Part shown: one piece after another, positions 45,997 through 46,321 of the stretch
Layout of the letters: the number at the start of each line of letters is the position of its first letter
Numbering within the stretch: the first letter of the stretch is position 1
DNA from: Octopus sinensis
Taxonomy: Eukaryota
Length of the DNA stretch: 46,321 nucleotides
NCBI RefSeq assembly: GCF_006345805.1
Contig: NW_021834607.1
Span: 1 to 46,321 of the forward strand
Direction: 5' to 3'
Notes under the pieces: model-generated
Databases searched by the model: none
Seen by the model: the letters and a program-made list of their open reading frames with translations, nothing else
Told to the model about the DNA's origin: nothing
Program-made: the position numbers and the translations under genes

Positions 45997-46321
45997 TAGT
46001 CCTTTCTTCTCACTCCACTTATCTATACCTACCTGTCTCTCTGGATAAGTCTATTATCTGTTTTCCTCAAATAATAGAATAGATTCTTCTAGAAAGCGAA
46101 ATGAAACAGTTTAGAATAAAGCATCCCTGTCAACAGGAGAGAGAGAGAGAGAGAGAGTGAGTGAGTGGTTGAGAGAGAGAGGGAGAGGGAGAGAGAGAGA
46201 GAAAGCGAGAAAGAGAAGTAGAGCTTGTGTGCTGGATCTGCAATGACGTCGGAAGCGTGGAAGAACGGAAAAGTGGGAAATGAGAATAAAAAAGAAACAA
46301 AATAAGGAAAAAGAAAAAAAA

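Noticed and set aside
97-46082. Numerous 60-350 aa ORFs rich in Y/I/C/V/H/T (e.g. 1132-2184, 7205-7774, 10247-10609, 45483-46082)
   Set aside because: They translate microsatellites. Strictly alternating purine-pyrimidine tracts cannot contain TAA, TAG or TGA in any frame, so long frames arise automatically.
1-46321. CRISPR arrays, bona fide tRNA or rRNA genes, prokaryotic systems
   Set aside because: There is no repeat-spacer array. The tRNA-like boxes belong to SINE heads with no full cloverleaf, and the sequence is eukaryotic in character.

Overview
This is AT-rich, microsatellite-saturated animal genomic DNA, most consistent with an Octopus-type cephalopod. That assignment is inferred from the repeat families and simple-repeat density and is not proven. 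I could not recognise any host protein-coding gene; almost all long ORFs in the track are microsatellite artefacts. Recognisable coding sequence is all transposon-derived: a 5'-truncated L1/Tx1-type LINE set in a (GATA)n array (7657-8758), a decayed Tc1 DD34E transposon (11396-12510), a head-to-head inverted Penelope-like element with ~1.35-kb arms (20993-24027), and two internally deleted R4/Dong-like LINEs stacked in one (TAA)n array (31328-34860). There are also many tRNA-headed SINE copies from at least three families. The most striking non-coding signal is a complete type I hammerhead ribozyme on the minus strand (5666-5712) with all core nucleotides and three clean helices. It directly follows a 94-nt rod-like hairpin and lies in sequence that is not repeated elsewhere in the window. 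Several minimal or variant hammerhead-like motifs also occur, in the Penelope 3' ends and in a thrice-repeated ~160-200 bp (TA)n-flanked mini-element. All structures were read by eye and none was computed.
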